Virus record (IMG/VR): IMGVR_UViG_3300030102_006934
Location: 310,001 to 374,000 of that record
Length of the DNA: 64,000 nucleotides
Strand: one strand, 5' to 3'
The position numbers and the translations under genes are program-made. Below are positions 1 through 9,496 of this stretch, piece after piece (the stretch's first letter is position 1; each line of letters opens with the position of its first letter). The notes under the pieces were generated by a model that was given only the letters and a program-made list of their open reading frames with translations, was not told the origin of the DNA and made no database searches.

Positions 1-1
1 G

Positions 2-145
2 AGAAAAGGCTTTGATAACCTTAAAGGTGGTGATTTATGTCACTACCATATAAAAGAGTCAAACGATTCTGTTACCACAAAACTTTTAGATATAAAACGA
101 ATGGATTCTGCAACCTATAACTTCAAAAATAGAAACGTAGAATAG
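2..145 (+). CDS. 3' end of a hypothetical protein (truncated by window edge)
   Basis: Open frame RKGFDNLKGGDLCHYH...NRNVE ending TAG at 143-145. Confidence 0.6.
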   Translation, partial: RKGFDNLKGGDLCHYHIKESNDSVTTKLLDIKRMDSATYNFKNRNVE

Positions 146-182
146 AGGTTTTATCCCACCTTTACCCAAAATTTATAAAGGG

Positions 183-341
183 GGTGACCATAGGTAAGTT
201 TAAACGTAGGACAATCCTACACTTGAGGTCGTAAAACATACCTCTTGGATTTGTCTCAAGTAAAATAAAGACATTCAGTGGGGCTGAATTAAAAATCTAC
301 CGTATCTACAGTGGTTACGTGAAAAATAAAAACTGAACACC
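183..341 (+). ncRNA. Candidate multibranch structured RNA
   Basis: Non-coding; outer GGTG/CACC, GACCAT/GTGGTT, GGTA/TACC; hairpins GTAGG-acaat-CCTAC, GAGGT..ACCTC, GTCT..AGAC, ATTCAG-tgggg-CTGAAT; terminator follows. Confidence 0.45.
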
Positions 342-360
342 ATTCCGATATCAAAAAACT

Positions 361-390
361 AGGGGGGGAAATTATTTTCCCCCTTTTTTT
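361..390 (+). terminator. Rho-independent terminator
   Basis: AGGGGGGGAAA-tta-TTTTCCCCCT followed by T-run. Confidence 0.8.
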
Positions 391-447
391 TTATAAAGCT
401 TTTTTTATTTTTAAAAAATAACTATAATTATTTAAAATGTTATAACA

Positions 448-1230
448 ATGAAATATTTTTTCGACATAAAAGAGATAGATAAAAATTTAGCAATAGATTT
501 TATACAAGAAAGACACTACTCTAAAGTACTACCTAGATTGACTAAACACTGGTTGGGTTGTTTTTACGATGGTGAACTAGTGGGTGTTTTAACTTTAGGT
601 TGGGGTACACAGCCTTTACAGACAATAAAAAAATTATTCCCTAAGTTGGTATCACAAGATTATTATGAAATCGGTAAAATGTGTATGGATGATAAAATGC
701 CTAGGAACTCAGAGTCTCAAATGATATCTTCAGTTGTCAGATGGATTAAAATTAATCTACCAGAAAAAAAATTTTTATACACATGGGCTGATGGTATTGT
801 AGGTAAAGTGGGTTACGTTTATCAAGCTTCAAATTTCATATATGGTGGTTTTATATGGACAGATATCTATATATCTCCGAAAGGTGAAAAAATACACCCT
901 AGAAGTTCTAAGTCACTACTAAAAGAAAATGCTGATTTTTTGGGTAAAGATAAGTTATTTTGGATGACCCCAGATTTTATGAAAACAAAGGGTATTAGAA
1001 GGATAAGGGGTAAACAATTTAGGTATATTATACCCCTAAGTAAAAGTTCTAAAAAAATATTAAAAAATGGGTCCACTGTCACTTGGGGTATAGAATACCC
1101 TAAAGCTAAAGATCTATTATGGAAAGAACAAGTTGCTAAAGGTAAATATGATACACTAAAAGAGATACCACAAATGAATTTAAGTGTTGTAGAGATTAAT
1201 GAAAAAAATGTGAACGCACATAAGAATTAA
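448..1230 (+). CDS. Mom-family (GNAT-fold) DNA adenine modification protein
   Basis: FIQERHYS, LVGVLTLG, EIGKMC, PRNSESQMIS, TWADG, GYVYQASNFIYGG motifs typical of Mu Mom homologues. Confidence 0.8.
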   Translation: MKYFFDIKEIDKNLAIDFIQERHYSKVLPRLTKHWLGCFYDGELVGVLTLGWGTQPLQTIKKLFPKLVSQDYYEIGKMCMDDKMPRNSESQMISSVVRWIKINLPEKKFLYTWADGIVGKVGYVYQASNFIYGGFIWTDIYISPKGEKIHPRSSKSLLKENADFLGKDKLFWMTPDFMKTKGIRRIRGKQFRYIIPLSKSSKKILKNGSTVTWGIEYPKAKDLLWKEQVAKGKYDTLKEIPQMNLSVVEINEKNVNAHKN

Positions 1231-1264
1231 ACACTTTTTTTGATACTTATTAATAAAGTGTCAC

Positions 1265-1444
1265 ATGTCAACAATAGAAGATATTCTATACAAAGCTCAA
1301 GAACTTAATCTGAGAGATGAGTTATTCAGAAATTTAAAGAAAATAAAAAATAAAGATGAATATAAATATTTAGATTTAAAGTCTTTATATGAAATAGCCT
1401 TTAATGATTTAGTTTGTGATTTTTCTGAAATTAAAAACACTTAA
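1265..1444 (+). CDS. Small hypothetical protein (59 aa, MSTIEDILYKAQE...)
   Basis: ATG to TAA frame filling the gap; ATACTTATTA motif variant upstream. Confidence 0.65.
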   Translation: MSTIEDILYKAQELNLRDELFRNLKKIKNKDEYKYLDLKSLYEIAFNDLVCDFSEIKNT

Positions 1445-1470
1445 TTATTTTTTATTTAAATTAATTTTAT

Positions 1471-1478
1471 TATATTTG
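1471..1478 (+). promoter_or_regulatory. Bacteroidota-type -7 promoter element TAnnTTTG
   Basis: TATATTTG upstream of ATG 1505; same element near 5968, 6698, 9469, 17912 and on the - strand near 15080, 26238, 27468, 48170. Confidence 0.65.
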
Positions 1479-1504
1479 TGTTATTAAATGTAAAACACAA
1501 AAAA

Positions 1505-2266
1505 ATGAAATACGATTTAATACAAAAATTTATCAACAGAGAGGTCAAAGCTAAAAGTATTTTTACCATCAAAAAGATAAATAAGAGTGAAGCTTATGAC
1601 TTTATTAAAAAGTATCATTATTTAGGTGACGCAAAATTTTTCTCTAAATTTGCGTATGGTTTATTTAGTAGAGAGGATGATGGTCTTATTGGGGTCACCA
1701 CTTTTTCTAACCCACAAGGAGCCACAACTATGAAAGGTTGGTTTAACCTAACTAACCAAGATCAATCTGTTTTGGAACTAAGTAGATTGTGTGTTATACC
1801 AGAACTAAATGGGACTAACGCCACATCTTTCTTATTGGGTAATAGTATTAAGATGTTGAAGAAAGAAGGTATAAGATCAGTAATAACTTTAGCTGATAAT
1901 TCTAGACATAGTGGCAGTATCTACCAAGTTTGTAACTTCACTTATTTTGGTTTATCTAATAAAAAGAGTGATTTTTTCTTATACAAAGGTGATGGTACCT
2001 TTAAGAAAAATTTTAGAGGTAAAACAAATGATGCACAAGGTGTTTGGTTACCAAGAACCCAAAAACACAGATACGCCTATATTTTAGATAAGACACTACT
2101 ATGTAATTATGAACCTAAACCTTACCCAAAGAAAGAAGACTTTGGTGTGAAAGAATGTACTTGTGATAATAACGTTATCCTTGACAAAAGGTTTAACGTT
2201 AAGTATACTTGTCCCAACTGTACCAATGAGTTGAAATTGGTAGAAGAGGAGAAAGAGTGGTTTTAA
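1505..2266 (+). CDS. Second Mom-family DNA modification protein with C-terminal Cys cluster
   Basis: FIKKYHYL, LIGVTTF, LELSRLC, NATSFLL, TLAD, HSGSIYQVCNFTYFG; C-terminal CxC...CxxC; ATG 1505 preferred over GTG 1478. Confidence 0.8.
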   Translation: MKYDLIQKFINREVKAKSIFTIKKINKSEAYDFIKKYHYLGDAKFFSKFAYGLFSREDDGLIGVTTFSNPQGATTMKGWFNLTNQDQSVLELSRLCVIPELNGTNATSFLLGNSIKMLKKEGIRSVITLADNSRHSGSIYQVCNFTYFGLSNKKSDFFLYKGDGTFKKNFRGKTNDAQGVWLPRTQKHRYAYILDKTLLCNYEPKPYPKKEDFGVKECTCDNNVILDKRFNVKYTCPNCTNELKLVEEEKEWF

Positions 2267-2282
2267 TACCGCATTTATTTTT

Positions 2283-3191
2283 ATGAAGGAAAAAATTAGA
2301 CAAATACTTAGAGAAAGACAACTAGAGTTAGACCTACAAGCAAAGTCTAACGATATTGATGAAACCAAATATGATAGGTGCTCACGTTACGAATACAACA
2401 GTAAGCATAAAAATCTATGTTTAGATTTGGCAAGTATGGGTAGTTTTTTACATAAAGATTTAGGTCTTAAAGATATAATAAACTCTAAAATATTACTAAT
2501 GGGGGAGGTCAAAGATCTAAACCACCAATACCAAGAACCCTTAAGTATTTTATATAATAAACCAAACTTTGAAGAAATCAAAAAGGTATCTGATGGTTAT
2601 TATGTTGAACATCTAAACAATAAAGTGGTATTATTTGATGAGTCTGGTCAATGGCACCATGTAAACAAATTGAATACTAATTATTCAGATTTGGCAGAAC
2701 TTTTAACAGAACTTTTTATTAGGAGTGGGGATATTAAAAACATAGTCAATAAAAATAGTTTAGGTTTAAAAAAATACTTATTATCACAAAAAGAAAATTT
2801 AAGATCTTTAATGGATAAACATTTTCAGTTAGAAGAGTATAAAGAATTTGTTAGAAACACAAAGACACTTTCAGAAAGAGGTGAAAGAGCTGAAAACGAA
2901 GTCAAGTCAATATTAGAAAAAGTAGGATTCAAAACACTATACCAAGGAGGGCATGGTGACTTTATTGATATGATATTTGGTATTGATTTAATTATGAATT
3001 ATAATGATGAGGTAGTTACAATACAAGTGAAAAATTCGGAAAGCCAAGCTTTAAAGGCTTCAGAACAATTCACCTATAGAAGGGTTGATTATTTTGCTTC
3101 ACCCACCAATTTAGGCATGGTCATTAAAAACAGAAAGGGTGAAATAACAGAACTAGATAGAGATGGTAGGATAACTAATGAAACCGAATAA
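2283..3191 (+). CDS. Protein with N-terminal KIRQILRE signal and C-terminal PD-(D/E)xK-like nuclease domain
   Basis: GERAENEV...GIDLIM...TIQVK. Confidence 0.55.
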   Translation: MKEKIRQILRERQLELDLQAKSNDIDETKYDRCSRYEYNSKHKNLCLDLASMGSFLHKDLGLKDIINSKILLMGEVKDLNHQYQEPLSILYNKPNFEEIKKVSDGYYVEHLNNKVVLFDESGQWHHVNKLNTNYSDLAELLTELFIRSGDIKNIVNKNSLGLKKYLLSQKENLRSLMDKHFQLEEYKEFVRNTKTLSERGERAENEVKSILEKVGFKTLYQGGHGDFIDMIFGIDLIMNYNDEVVTIQVKNSESQALKASEQFTYRRVDYFASPTNLGMVIKNRKGEITELDRDGRITNETE

Positions 3192-3516
3192 AAGCATACC
3201 TAGTTTTTGTTTTGAATCCCCTTGGTTAAAACCATTTGACCTTTCAACAGAATTTGGGGAAATAAATGTGACTACTAGGGTAATACCTAGGGTAAGACCA
3301 ATTTGGGTTCAAGAACTCACAGTTACTACTGATACCAATAACATCATAACCGAAGAACCTATCGATTCACCACAAGGTAACCTATTTTATTTCGATTACC
3401 AGTTTCAAAATATAACAGATCCCATTGTTTATGGTGATGGTTCTTGGTCTTATGAAAATTTATTTGAAGGTACTATTGGTATTAAATTAGAAATTAAAGA
3501 ACATAAATTTATTTAA
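3178..3516 (+). CDS. Hypothetical protein
   Basis: ORF track, overlapping start/stop. Confidence 0.6.
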   Translation: MKPNKSIPSFCFESPWLKPFDLSTEFGEINVTTRVIPRVRPIWVQELTVTTDTNNIITEEPIDSPQGNLFYFDYQFQNITDPIVYGDGSWSYENLFEGTIGIKLEIKEHKFI

Positions 3517-3560
3517 TGAAACTAGATAATATTTATTAATAAGAAAACAGTTATTAAAAT

Positions 3561-5915
3561 ATGTCTAAAAAAACAAAACTAGGTTCTTGGTTTACCGACC
3601 CAATGAAAAGGGGTTGGATAAATAGAGATACCCTCATAAACGAAGAGGGTGATTTTGATTGGGTCAGAGATGTATCCCCCTCAGTACCAAAGTGGGAAGA
3701 TAGGGAAAAAATAGACTTAGTAGGTTTTTTAATAGAACTAGCAGAATTTGATTTAGGTATTTTAGATGATTTAAATGGTCAAGGAGTTTTAGAACCAACA
3801 GATGAGTATAGAATGGGATACACCGATGACGAATGGGGTGAATACGGTTTTGATAGGTGGAGAGATGTTGATTGGAAGGCAGATGGTATGATGAACACTC
3901 AGTTAGATAGGGAAGCTCTTAGTTTTTCACACGATATTATTTACTACCTAGAAAATGCGAATCACCCAAAATGGGAATTTGTTAAATGGGATACAACAGA
4001 GTACAATCTAGAACACTCAACACACCAAGATGTAATTATTGTTAAAAATAAAAAACAAGATAGATATTTTGCCATTTATTTAGAGGGTTCACCTTGGGAT
4101 GGTATAAATTTTGATGATAACTCAGTAGTTGAGGTTTTCCCAAAGAAAATAACAAAAACCATTTATGAATCAAAAATAACCAATAAAACTATCGTAGAAA
4201 CCGATTTTGAGTGGGCTTCAGAATTTAATTGGTCCAAAGAAATGTTAGATAGTTTATTGGAAGATTGTAAAACATTAAAGGTCGCTAATTTTAATGTTAG
4301 AAACAAGCAACCTTATCGTTCAGCTGGAGGTCCAGCGATTATGTTTTTAAGTAGGTGTAGAGAATGGTGGGATTACTTTAGTAGTTTACCATTAAGTCAT
4401 TCTGGTAGAGGACCAGCAGAATGGTTCACTGAGGACAGTTACAAAAATGGTGAGTATGGGGTTATTTGGAATCCAAATTGGGGTACAAAAAGAATAACTC
4501 CACAGTTAGAGGATTTGAAAAATGGTTATACGTCAGCTATAACAACACCTTGGGGTTATGGTATAGAAAAACAATTAAATGGTATAAGTGGTAGTGAAGC
4601 TTGGTTCGTAGTAGATGAGAACAATAAACCAGTTTACAACTTAATGCCTAATAATGTTAAAGAGTATGCTAAAATATATGAAGAAGAATTTTTTGGTAAC
4701 AAGTTAAATGAATCTGAAGATTTTGAATGGGTTAAAAAATATGATATTAACAACTTCTTTGATGAATATTTTAAAAAAGAAAATTTTTACATGGACACTT
4801 TGGGTGATAACCCAAGTAATTACACTTTAGTATCGGATAATACTGTTTTTGTTTCTGATGATGATGTGTTTATTAATATTTCAGAAGATGATTTAGATGA
4901 AATGATTGACGAGGAAGATTACATTTTAAGGGAACTTCTTAAAACAGGTAAATATGATGATGGTGGTTATGGTTACGAATTTGAGCAAGAGGAAATGAAT
5001 TATATTAGAATACCAGACCCAAAACGACTTGAAACTATTTTACAAGACTATTCTGAAGAATTACCACAATTTATTGAAGACGGTAAGATACAAAATTTAA
5101 TGAACAATAGTAATCTAAATGAAATAGTAGAAATTGTTAAGTGTCCAAAATTCGATGCATTATGGAACGAATTTACTGATAACTTTCTTATTGATTATGG
5201 TTATGTAATTTCTGAGTATAAATCAGAATACGTAACCCAAATTTATAACAGCGTTGTGGAAAATTTAAACTTCGAATTTGGTTGGGATTATGGGAATTTA
5301 ATTTATGAATTTACCTTCAAAAAAGATGATTTCTTTAATTATTTTTCAAACAATAATGGTGAAACTATAGAAGACTACTTATTAGATAAGTTAAAACCTA
5401 TAATTAAAGAAGATATGCAAACGACTTACGCGGATGCATTTGGTGGTGATTACAGTGAATACTTGGATTACCACTATAACAATTTTATAGATAAAGTAGA
5501 AGATTTTGTATGGTCAGGTGAGTTAGAGGGTTGTATTAATAATGTTGAAAAATGGGAATCATTAGGATTTAGTGTCAAAAAAAGTAGCTATGGTCATAGT
5601 CTTGACAACGCTTGGATGGAAATTGTTACAGATAAATTTACGTATGAAAAGGATGTAACACGTTATAATTCTACAGAAAAGAAAACAGAAACAAAACCAT
5701 TTGTTTTTACCGCTAGGTTAAATAGTGATGCCACCCGTTGTATATCATTAAAAGCACAATATCGTGATGTTTGGGGAACACCAATAAAACTATATCAAAT
5801 GGAAGAGAATGATGAGGGCATCACACCTAGACAAACAAAAAAATTGGTAAATGATTTTATAAAAAATAATACACAAAAGTCAGTTAATAAATTACTTTTC
5901 GATGATGAAGATTAA
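3561..5915 (+). CDS. Acidic modular protein with three E-x-D-F-[DE]-W tags
   Basis: LINEEGDFDWVRD, IVETDFEWASE, LNESEDFEWVKK; ATATTTATT upstream at ~3529. Confidence 0.8.
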   Translation: MSKKTKLGSWFTDPMKRGWINRDTLINEEGDFDWVRDVSPSVPKWEDREKIDLVGFLIELAEFDLGILDDLNGQGVLEPTDEYRMGYTDDEWGEYGFDRWRDVDWKADGMMNTQLDREALSFSHDIIYYLENANHPKWEFVKWDTTEYNLEHSTHQDVIIVKNKKQDRYFAIYLEGSPWDGINFDDNSVVEVFPKKITKTIYESKITNKTIVETDFEWASEFNWSKEMLDSLLEDCKTLKVANFNVRNKQPYRSAGGPAIMFLSRCREWWDYFSSLPLSHSGRGPAEWFTEDSYKNGEYGVIWNPNWGTKRITPQLEDLKNGYTSAITTPWGYGIEKQLNGISGSEAWFVVDENNKPVYNLMPNNVKEYAKIYEEEFFGNKLNESEDFEWVKKYDINNFFDEYFKKENFYMDTLGDNPSNYTLVSDNTVFVSDDDVFINISEDDLDEMIDEEDYILRELLKTGKYDDGGYGYEFEQEEMNYIRIPDPKRLETILQDYSEELPQFIEDGKIQNLMNNSNLNEIVEIVKCPKFDALWNEFTDNFLIDYGYVISEYKSEYVTQIYNSVVENLNFEFGWDYGNLIYEFTFKKDDFFNYFSNNNGETIEDYLLDKLKPIIKEDMQTTYADAFGGDYSEYLDYHYNNFIDKVEDFVWSGELEGCINNVEKWESLGFSVKKSSYGHSLDNAWMEIVTDKFTYEKDVTRYNSTEKKTETKPFVFTARLNSDATRCISLKAQYRDVWGTPIKLYQMEENDEGITPRQTKKLVNDFIKNNTQKSVNKLLFDDED

Positions 5916-5989
5916 TTTTATACCATTTTTTCATTAAAAATAGTTGTTTTTATCTTTTTTTAACCTTATATTTGTGTAAATTACATTAA

Positions 5990-6682
5990 ATGGGTGATAT
6001 ATTAAAAATAACATTAATTTCAGACACACATACTAGACACAATAAATTAAATCATTTATTACCTGGTGGGGATGTTTTAATTCATGCAGGTGATGTAACT
6101 TCTGTAGGTAATTTCACTGAAACTTTAGATTTTATTAAATGGTTCGATAAAATAGATAACTACGATAAAAAAATATTTATTGCCGGAAATCATGACTACT
6201 TATTTCAACAAAGACCTGACCAAACACTTGAGATGATTCTTGACCATGAAAGTGTTACCTATTTACAAGATAGTCAAACCTTTTTAGGGATTGAAAATAA
6301 TATCAAAACTTGGGGTACACCTTGGCAACCAGAATTTAAAAGTTGGGCTTTTAATTTAAAAAGGAGAAGTAAAGAAATAAAAGAAAAATGGGCTCAAATA
6401 CCAAAAGACACACAACTACTAATCACACACGGACCACCTTTTGGACGTTTAGATTGGGTCACTAAAAGTTATGAAAACGTTGGTTCTTTAGAATTAGCTA
6501 GAAGAATAGAAATAATCAAACCAAAGATACACGTTTTTGGCCATGTACATGAAGGTTATGGGTATACTCATGATGGTTATACACATTATATAAACGCTTC
6601 TATGGTCAGCCATCAAGACATGAACAACAATCCCATAAATATTATTTGGGATGTAGATAAAAATGAGGTAAAATTTTTGTAA
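5990..6682 (+). CDS. Calcineurin-like metallophosphoesterase
   Basis: SDTH, HAGD, GNHD, THGPP, GHVHE. Confidence 0.9.
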   Translation: MGDILKITLISDTHTRHNKLNHLLPGGDVLIHAGDVTSVGNFTETLDFIKWFDKIDNYDKKIFIAGNHDYLFQQRPDQTLEMILDHESVTYLQDSQTFLGIENNIKTWGTPWQPEFKSWAFNLKRRSKEIKEKWAQIPKDTQLLITHGPPFGRLDWVTKSYENVGSLELARRIEIIKPKIHVFGHVHEGYGYTHDGYTHYINASMVSHQDMNNNPINIIWDVDKNEVKFL

Positions 6683-6709
6683 TAAATAAAAATTTGTTAT
6701 ATTTGAAAT

Positions 6710-7081
6710 ATGAAAAAAATAATAATCTTAATCGTTATAATTTTAAATAGCGTGTTAGTATTATCACAAACCAACACTAACTATTTAATAGAGAATTATA
6801 CAACTAGTAAAGGACAAACTGTGAAGACCAAGAATTATACCCAACAGTATAATTTTTATATTGAAAAGTCTGAAAGACAGAGAAATATAGCAACAATAGT
6901 TGGTTTAGTTGGTGGTTTAGTTGGTGTGGTTGGGTATAACTACTTACCACGTAACACACAAGGAAATTATTATTTAATAATAACTTCGATGGCAACCTCA
7001 TGTATCTCAACAACTTTTTACATAAGGTCATCGGTTAATAGAAGAAAAGCGTATAAACTTAAAAAAAATACTTATTTATGA
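6710..7081 (+). CDS. Membrane protein with signal peptide
   Basis: N-terminal hydrophobic signal, two further TM segments. Confidence 0.7.
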   Translation: MKKIIILIVIILNSVLVLSQTNTNYLIENYTTSKGQTVKTKNYTQQYNFYIEKSERQRNIATIVGLVGGLVGVVGYNYLPRNTQGNYYLIITSMATSCISTTFYIRSSVNRRKAYKLKKNTYL

Positions 7082-7353
7082 TTAACACACTAACATACAG
7101 TTTTATGGCATTAGTTTTTTTAATTTTTATTACAGTACTAGTAATAAAAATTTATAAAATGTACCCCCAATTTGGTATTGCTCTGATGTGGGGTAGTTTG
7201 TTTACCAAGATGTTATTTATTATAACCTATACATTGGTAGTAAAAGATTTGATTGATAATCATATAATATATGCCACCTTTATTCTAATGGCTGTCATAT
7301 ATAGTATGGTACACACACTTATATCACTTAAAAACATTTTTAAAAAAGTATAA
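7078..7353 (+). CDS. Small multi-TM membrane protein
   Basis: Three hydrophobic segments, ATGA overlap. Confidence 0.7.
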   Translation: MINTLTYSFMALVFLIFITVLVIKIYKMYPQFGIALMWGSLFTKMLFIITYTLVVKDLIDNHIIYATFILMAVIYSMVHTLISLKNIFKKV

Positions 7354-7889
7354 TGAAAAAAGATAGGTTTTTATCGGTTAAAAAATTAGCAACAAAACTA
7401 CATGGAGAACAAAAAAGAAAATACTCTGGTGAACCATATGTTACACACACTATTAGGGTTGCTAAAATTGTTGAGGACCATGGTGGTGATGATAATATGA
7501 TCTATGCTGCATTACTCCATGATGTTCTAGAGGATACAGAAACCACTGAATTGGAATTGTTCTCTATGTTGTCTACTATTATAGGTAATACTGACTCTAT
7601 AGATACTCTTCGTTTAGTTAAGGAACTAACAGATGTTTTTACAACAGAAGAATACCCCAAAATAAATAGAAGTGGAAGAAAAGAAATGGAATCTTTTAGA
7701 CTGGGTAAGGTTTCACCTAGGTCACAAACAATTAAATACGCGGACCTATTAGACAATAGTGCTGATATTTTAAGAAATGATCCTAAGTTCGCTAAATTAT
7801 ACCTAAAAGAAAAAGAGATGATTTTAAATCAAATGGACCAAGGTAACCAAACACTTTATAAAAAATGTTTAAATGTCTTGAACCTTTGA
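7353..7889 (+). CDS. HD-domain RelA/SpoT-type small alarmone hydrolase (Mesh1-like)
   Basis: HGEQKRKYSGEPYVTH, AALLHDVLEDT, IKYADLLDN. Confidence 0.85.
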   Translation: MKKDRFLSVKKLATKLHGEQKRKYSGEPYVTHTIRVAKIVEDHGGDDNMIYAALLHDVLEDTETTELELFSMLSTIIGNTDSIDTLRLVKELTDVFTTEEYPKINRSGRKEMESFRLGKVSPRSQTIKYADLLDNSADILRNDPKFAKLYLKEKEMILNQMDQGNQTLYKKCLNVLNL

Positions 7890-7984
7890 TTTATTAATAC
7901 TATATTTAAATAAAGATAAGGGGTTACACAATAACGTTTGGAACTCTGTAACCTTAAAAAAGAACCTTATCTTTTTTTTATTTT

Positions 7985-8056
7985 GGCCCCTTCGTCTAGT
8001 GGTTAGGACGCTAGGTTTTCATCCTAGAAACAGGAGTTCGATTCTCCTAGGGGCTA
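7985..8056 (+). tRNA. tRNA-Glu(TTC)
   Basis: Cloverleaf; anticodon arm CTAGG-TT-TTC-AT-CCTAG; GTTCGATTC. Confidence 0.95.
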
Positions 8057-8147
8057 CTGAGTAGGTTTTCGGTGTAAAACTCTTCGGAGTACCTAATCAA
8101 AATCCAGCCATTGTTCAGAATGGGAGATTATGAATAAAAACCGAAAC

Positions 8148-8221
8148 GGTCTGGTAGTTCAGTTGGTTAGAATACCTGCCTGTCACGCAGGGGGTCGCGA
8201 GTTCGAGTCTCGTCCAGACCG
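8148..8221 (+). tRNA. tRNA-Asp(GTC)
   Basis: GGTCTGG/CCAGACC acceptor; CCTGC-CT-GTC-AC-GCAGG. Confidence 0.95.
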
Positions 8222-8231
8222 CAAATATTTA

Positions 8232-8316
8232 GGAAGATTGGCAGAGTGGTCGAATGCACTGGTCTTGAAAACCAGCATACCGAGAGGTATCGAAGGTTCG
8301 AATCCTTCATCTTCCG
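8232..8316 (+). tRNA. tRNA-Ser(TGA)
   Basis: GGAAGAT/ATCTTCC; CTGGT-CT-TGA-AA-ACCAG; long variable arm; G73. Confidence 0.95.
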
Positions 8317-8322
8317 CAAAAT

Positions 8323-8349
8323 AAACCCAAATACTCTTTGGGTTTTTTT
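8323..8349 (+). terminator. Rho-independent terminator
   Basis: AAACCCAAA-tactc-TTTGGGTTT plus T-run. Confidence 0.8.
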
Positions 8350-8373
8350 GTTAACCCAAACTATTTATTGTTG

Positions 8374-9132
8374 ATGAAACTTTTTGAAGTGTACGAAGAT
8401 ATAGTTATTGAAAACTCTTGGGGTAAACTAGAGGAAATACTACAATCAGGTTTATTTCAAGAAGAAGGTGACTCTAAATTAAATGAATTACTAGAGAAGT
8501 CACAATTGTTAATTTTTAAAGCCTTTGACATAAACCCCAAAGAGGGTGGTAAATATTTTGTTTCTGGTTCCGCTAGACTATTTAAAAATCCTAGATTATT
8601 GAATGTGTTAAACAAACACGATAAATCTTTTGAGTTAGTATTAGGTGATTTAGATGTGGTAATACCTAATCAAGAAAACTGGGAAACATTATACAAAAAC
8701 TATACAAATACAAATTCTGAATTTATAAAAGAGTTGTCACAAAAAATAAGTAAATCACCAGAAGATATTAAAAATAAGTTTTTAGAACAAAAGGGTAATT
8801 TTACAAAAGGTATTTATAGACCTGGTGTTGGCGGTATGGAACTTGTTGATGACGATATGGAAGCTTTTAAAGTTTGGGACCCTAGTAAAGCTAAAGACGC
8901 AAAAGACATGTCTGTTAGGAGCCAAAGTGACATTCTAAAAGACAGTGTTAATATAGGTGGTTATTTTTTTATGAATATAAAAGATGTATTTGATTATAAA
9001 TCAAAATTGAGTAGGGAAAAAGAAAAAAACATTGTGGCTTTCTTAAAAGATTATTTAACAGGAGAAGAGTCCCCACAAAGAGCCGAAGAACTTTTCAATA
9101 AAATAGGTGAAGAACTTGGAAAGGATAAATAA
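8374..9132 (+). CDS. Putative nucleotidyltransferase-fold protein
   Basis: FVSGSARL...GDLDVVI (GS...DxD); TATTTATT just upstream of ATG 8374. Confidence 0.55.
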   Translation: MKLFEVYEDIVIENSWGKLEEILQSGLFQEEGDSKLNELLEKSQLLIFKAFDINPKEGGKYFVSGSARLFKNPRLLNVLNKHDKSFELVLGDLDVVIPNQENWETLYKNYTNTNSEFIKELSQKISKSPEDIKNKFLEQKGNFTKGIYRPGVGGMELVDDDMEAFKVWDPSKAKDAKDMSVRSQSDILKDSVNIGGYFFMNIKDVFDYKSKLSREKEKNIVAFLKDYLTGEESPQRAEELFNKIGEELGKDK

Positions 9133-9150
9133 TTTAACTATCTTTACACA

Positions 9151-9438
9151 ATGAAAGGTAAAGAATACTTTAATAGGTTCACGGAAGATGAAAAAGTGGT
9201 TTGGTTAAAAAATTTCCACAAGTTTGGTTTTAATGATTTTAAGTCTTCAGAACAAGTAATGAAAACTGAATTTAAAAACTACTTTCAGTTTTTTTTCGGT
9301 ATATTCCCAATAGAAAAAACTGAAGAAGGTTATAGTTATTGGTCAAACCTTTTCCACAAATATAGAGAATACGATAAGTTAACTATTAAAATTGGTCATA
9401 ATTTTAAGAGTTATGTAACTGAACCAAAAATTTTTTAG
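9151..9438 (+). CDS. Hypothetical protein
   Basis: ORF track. Confidence 0.7.
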   Translation: MKGKEYFNRFTEDEKVVWLKNFHKFGFNDFKSSEQVMKTEFKNYFQFFFGIFPIEKTEEGYSYWSNLFHKYREYDKLTIKIGHNFKSYVTEPKIF

Positions 9439-9468
9439 AAATAGGTTGTTATATTAAAAAGTTTTATT

Positions 9469-9496
9469 TATATTTGTATCAGTTCTTTGAAAATAT
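9469..9496 (+). promoter_or_regulatory. TAnnTTTG promoter plus boxA-like leader of the tRNA operon
   Basis: TATATTTG-tatc-AGTTCTTTGAAAATAT directly before the RNA; near-identical TATATTTG-tgtt-AGTTATTTGAAATAT precedes tmRNA. Confidence 0.55.

Noticed and set aside
8130-8324. 64-aa ORF
   Set aside because: Overlaps tRNA-Asp and tRNA-Ser; shadow ORF
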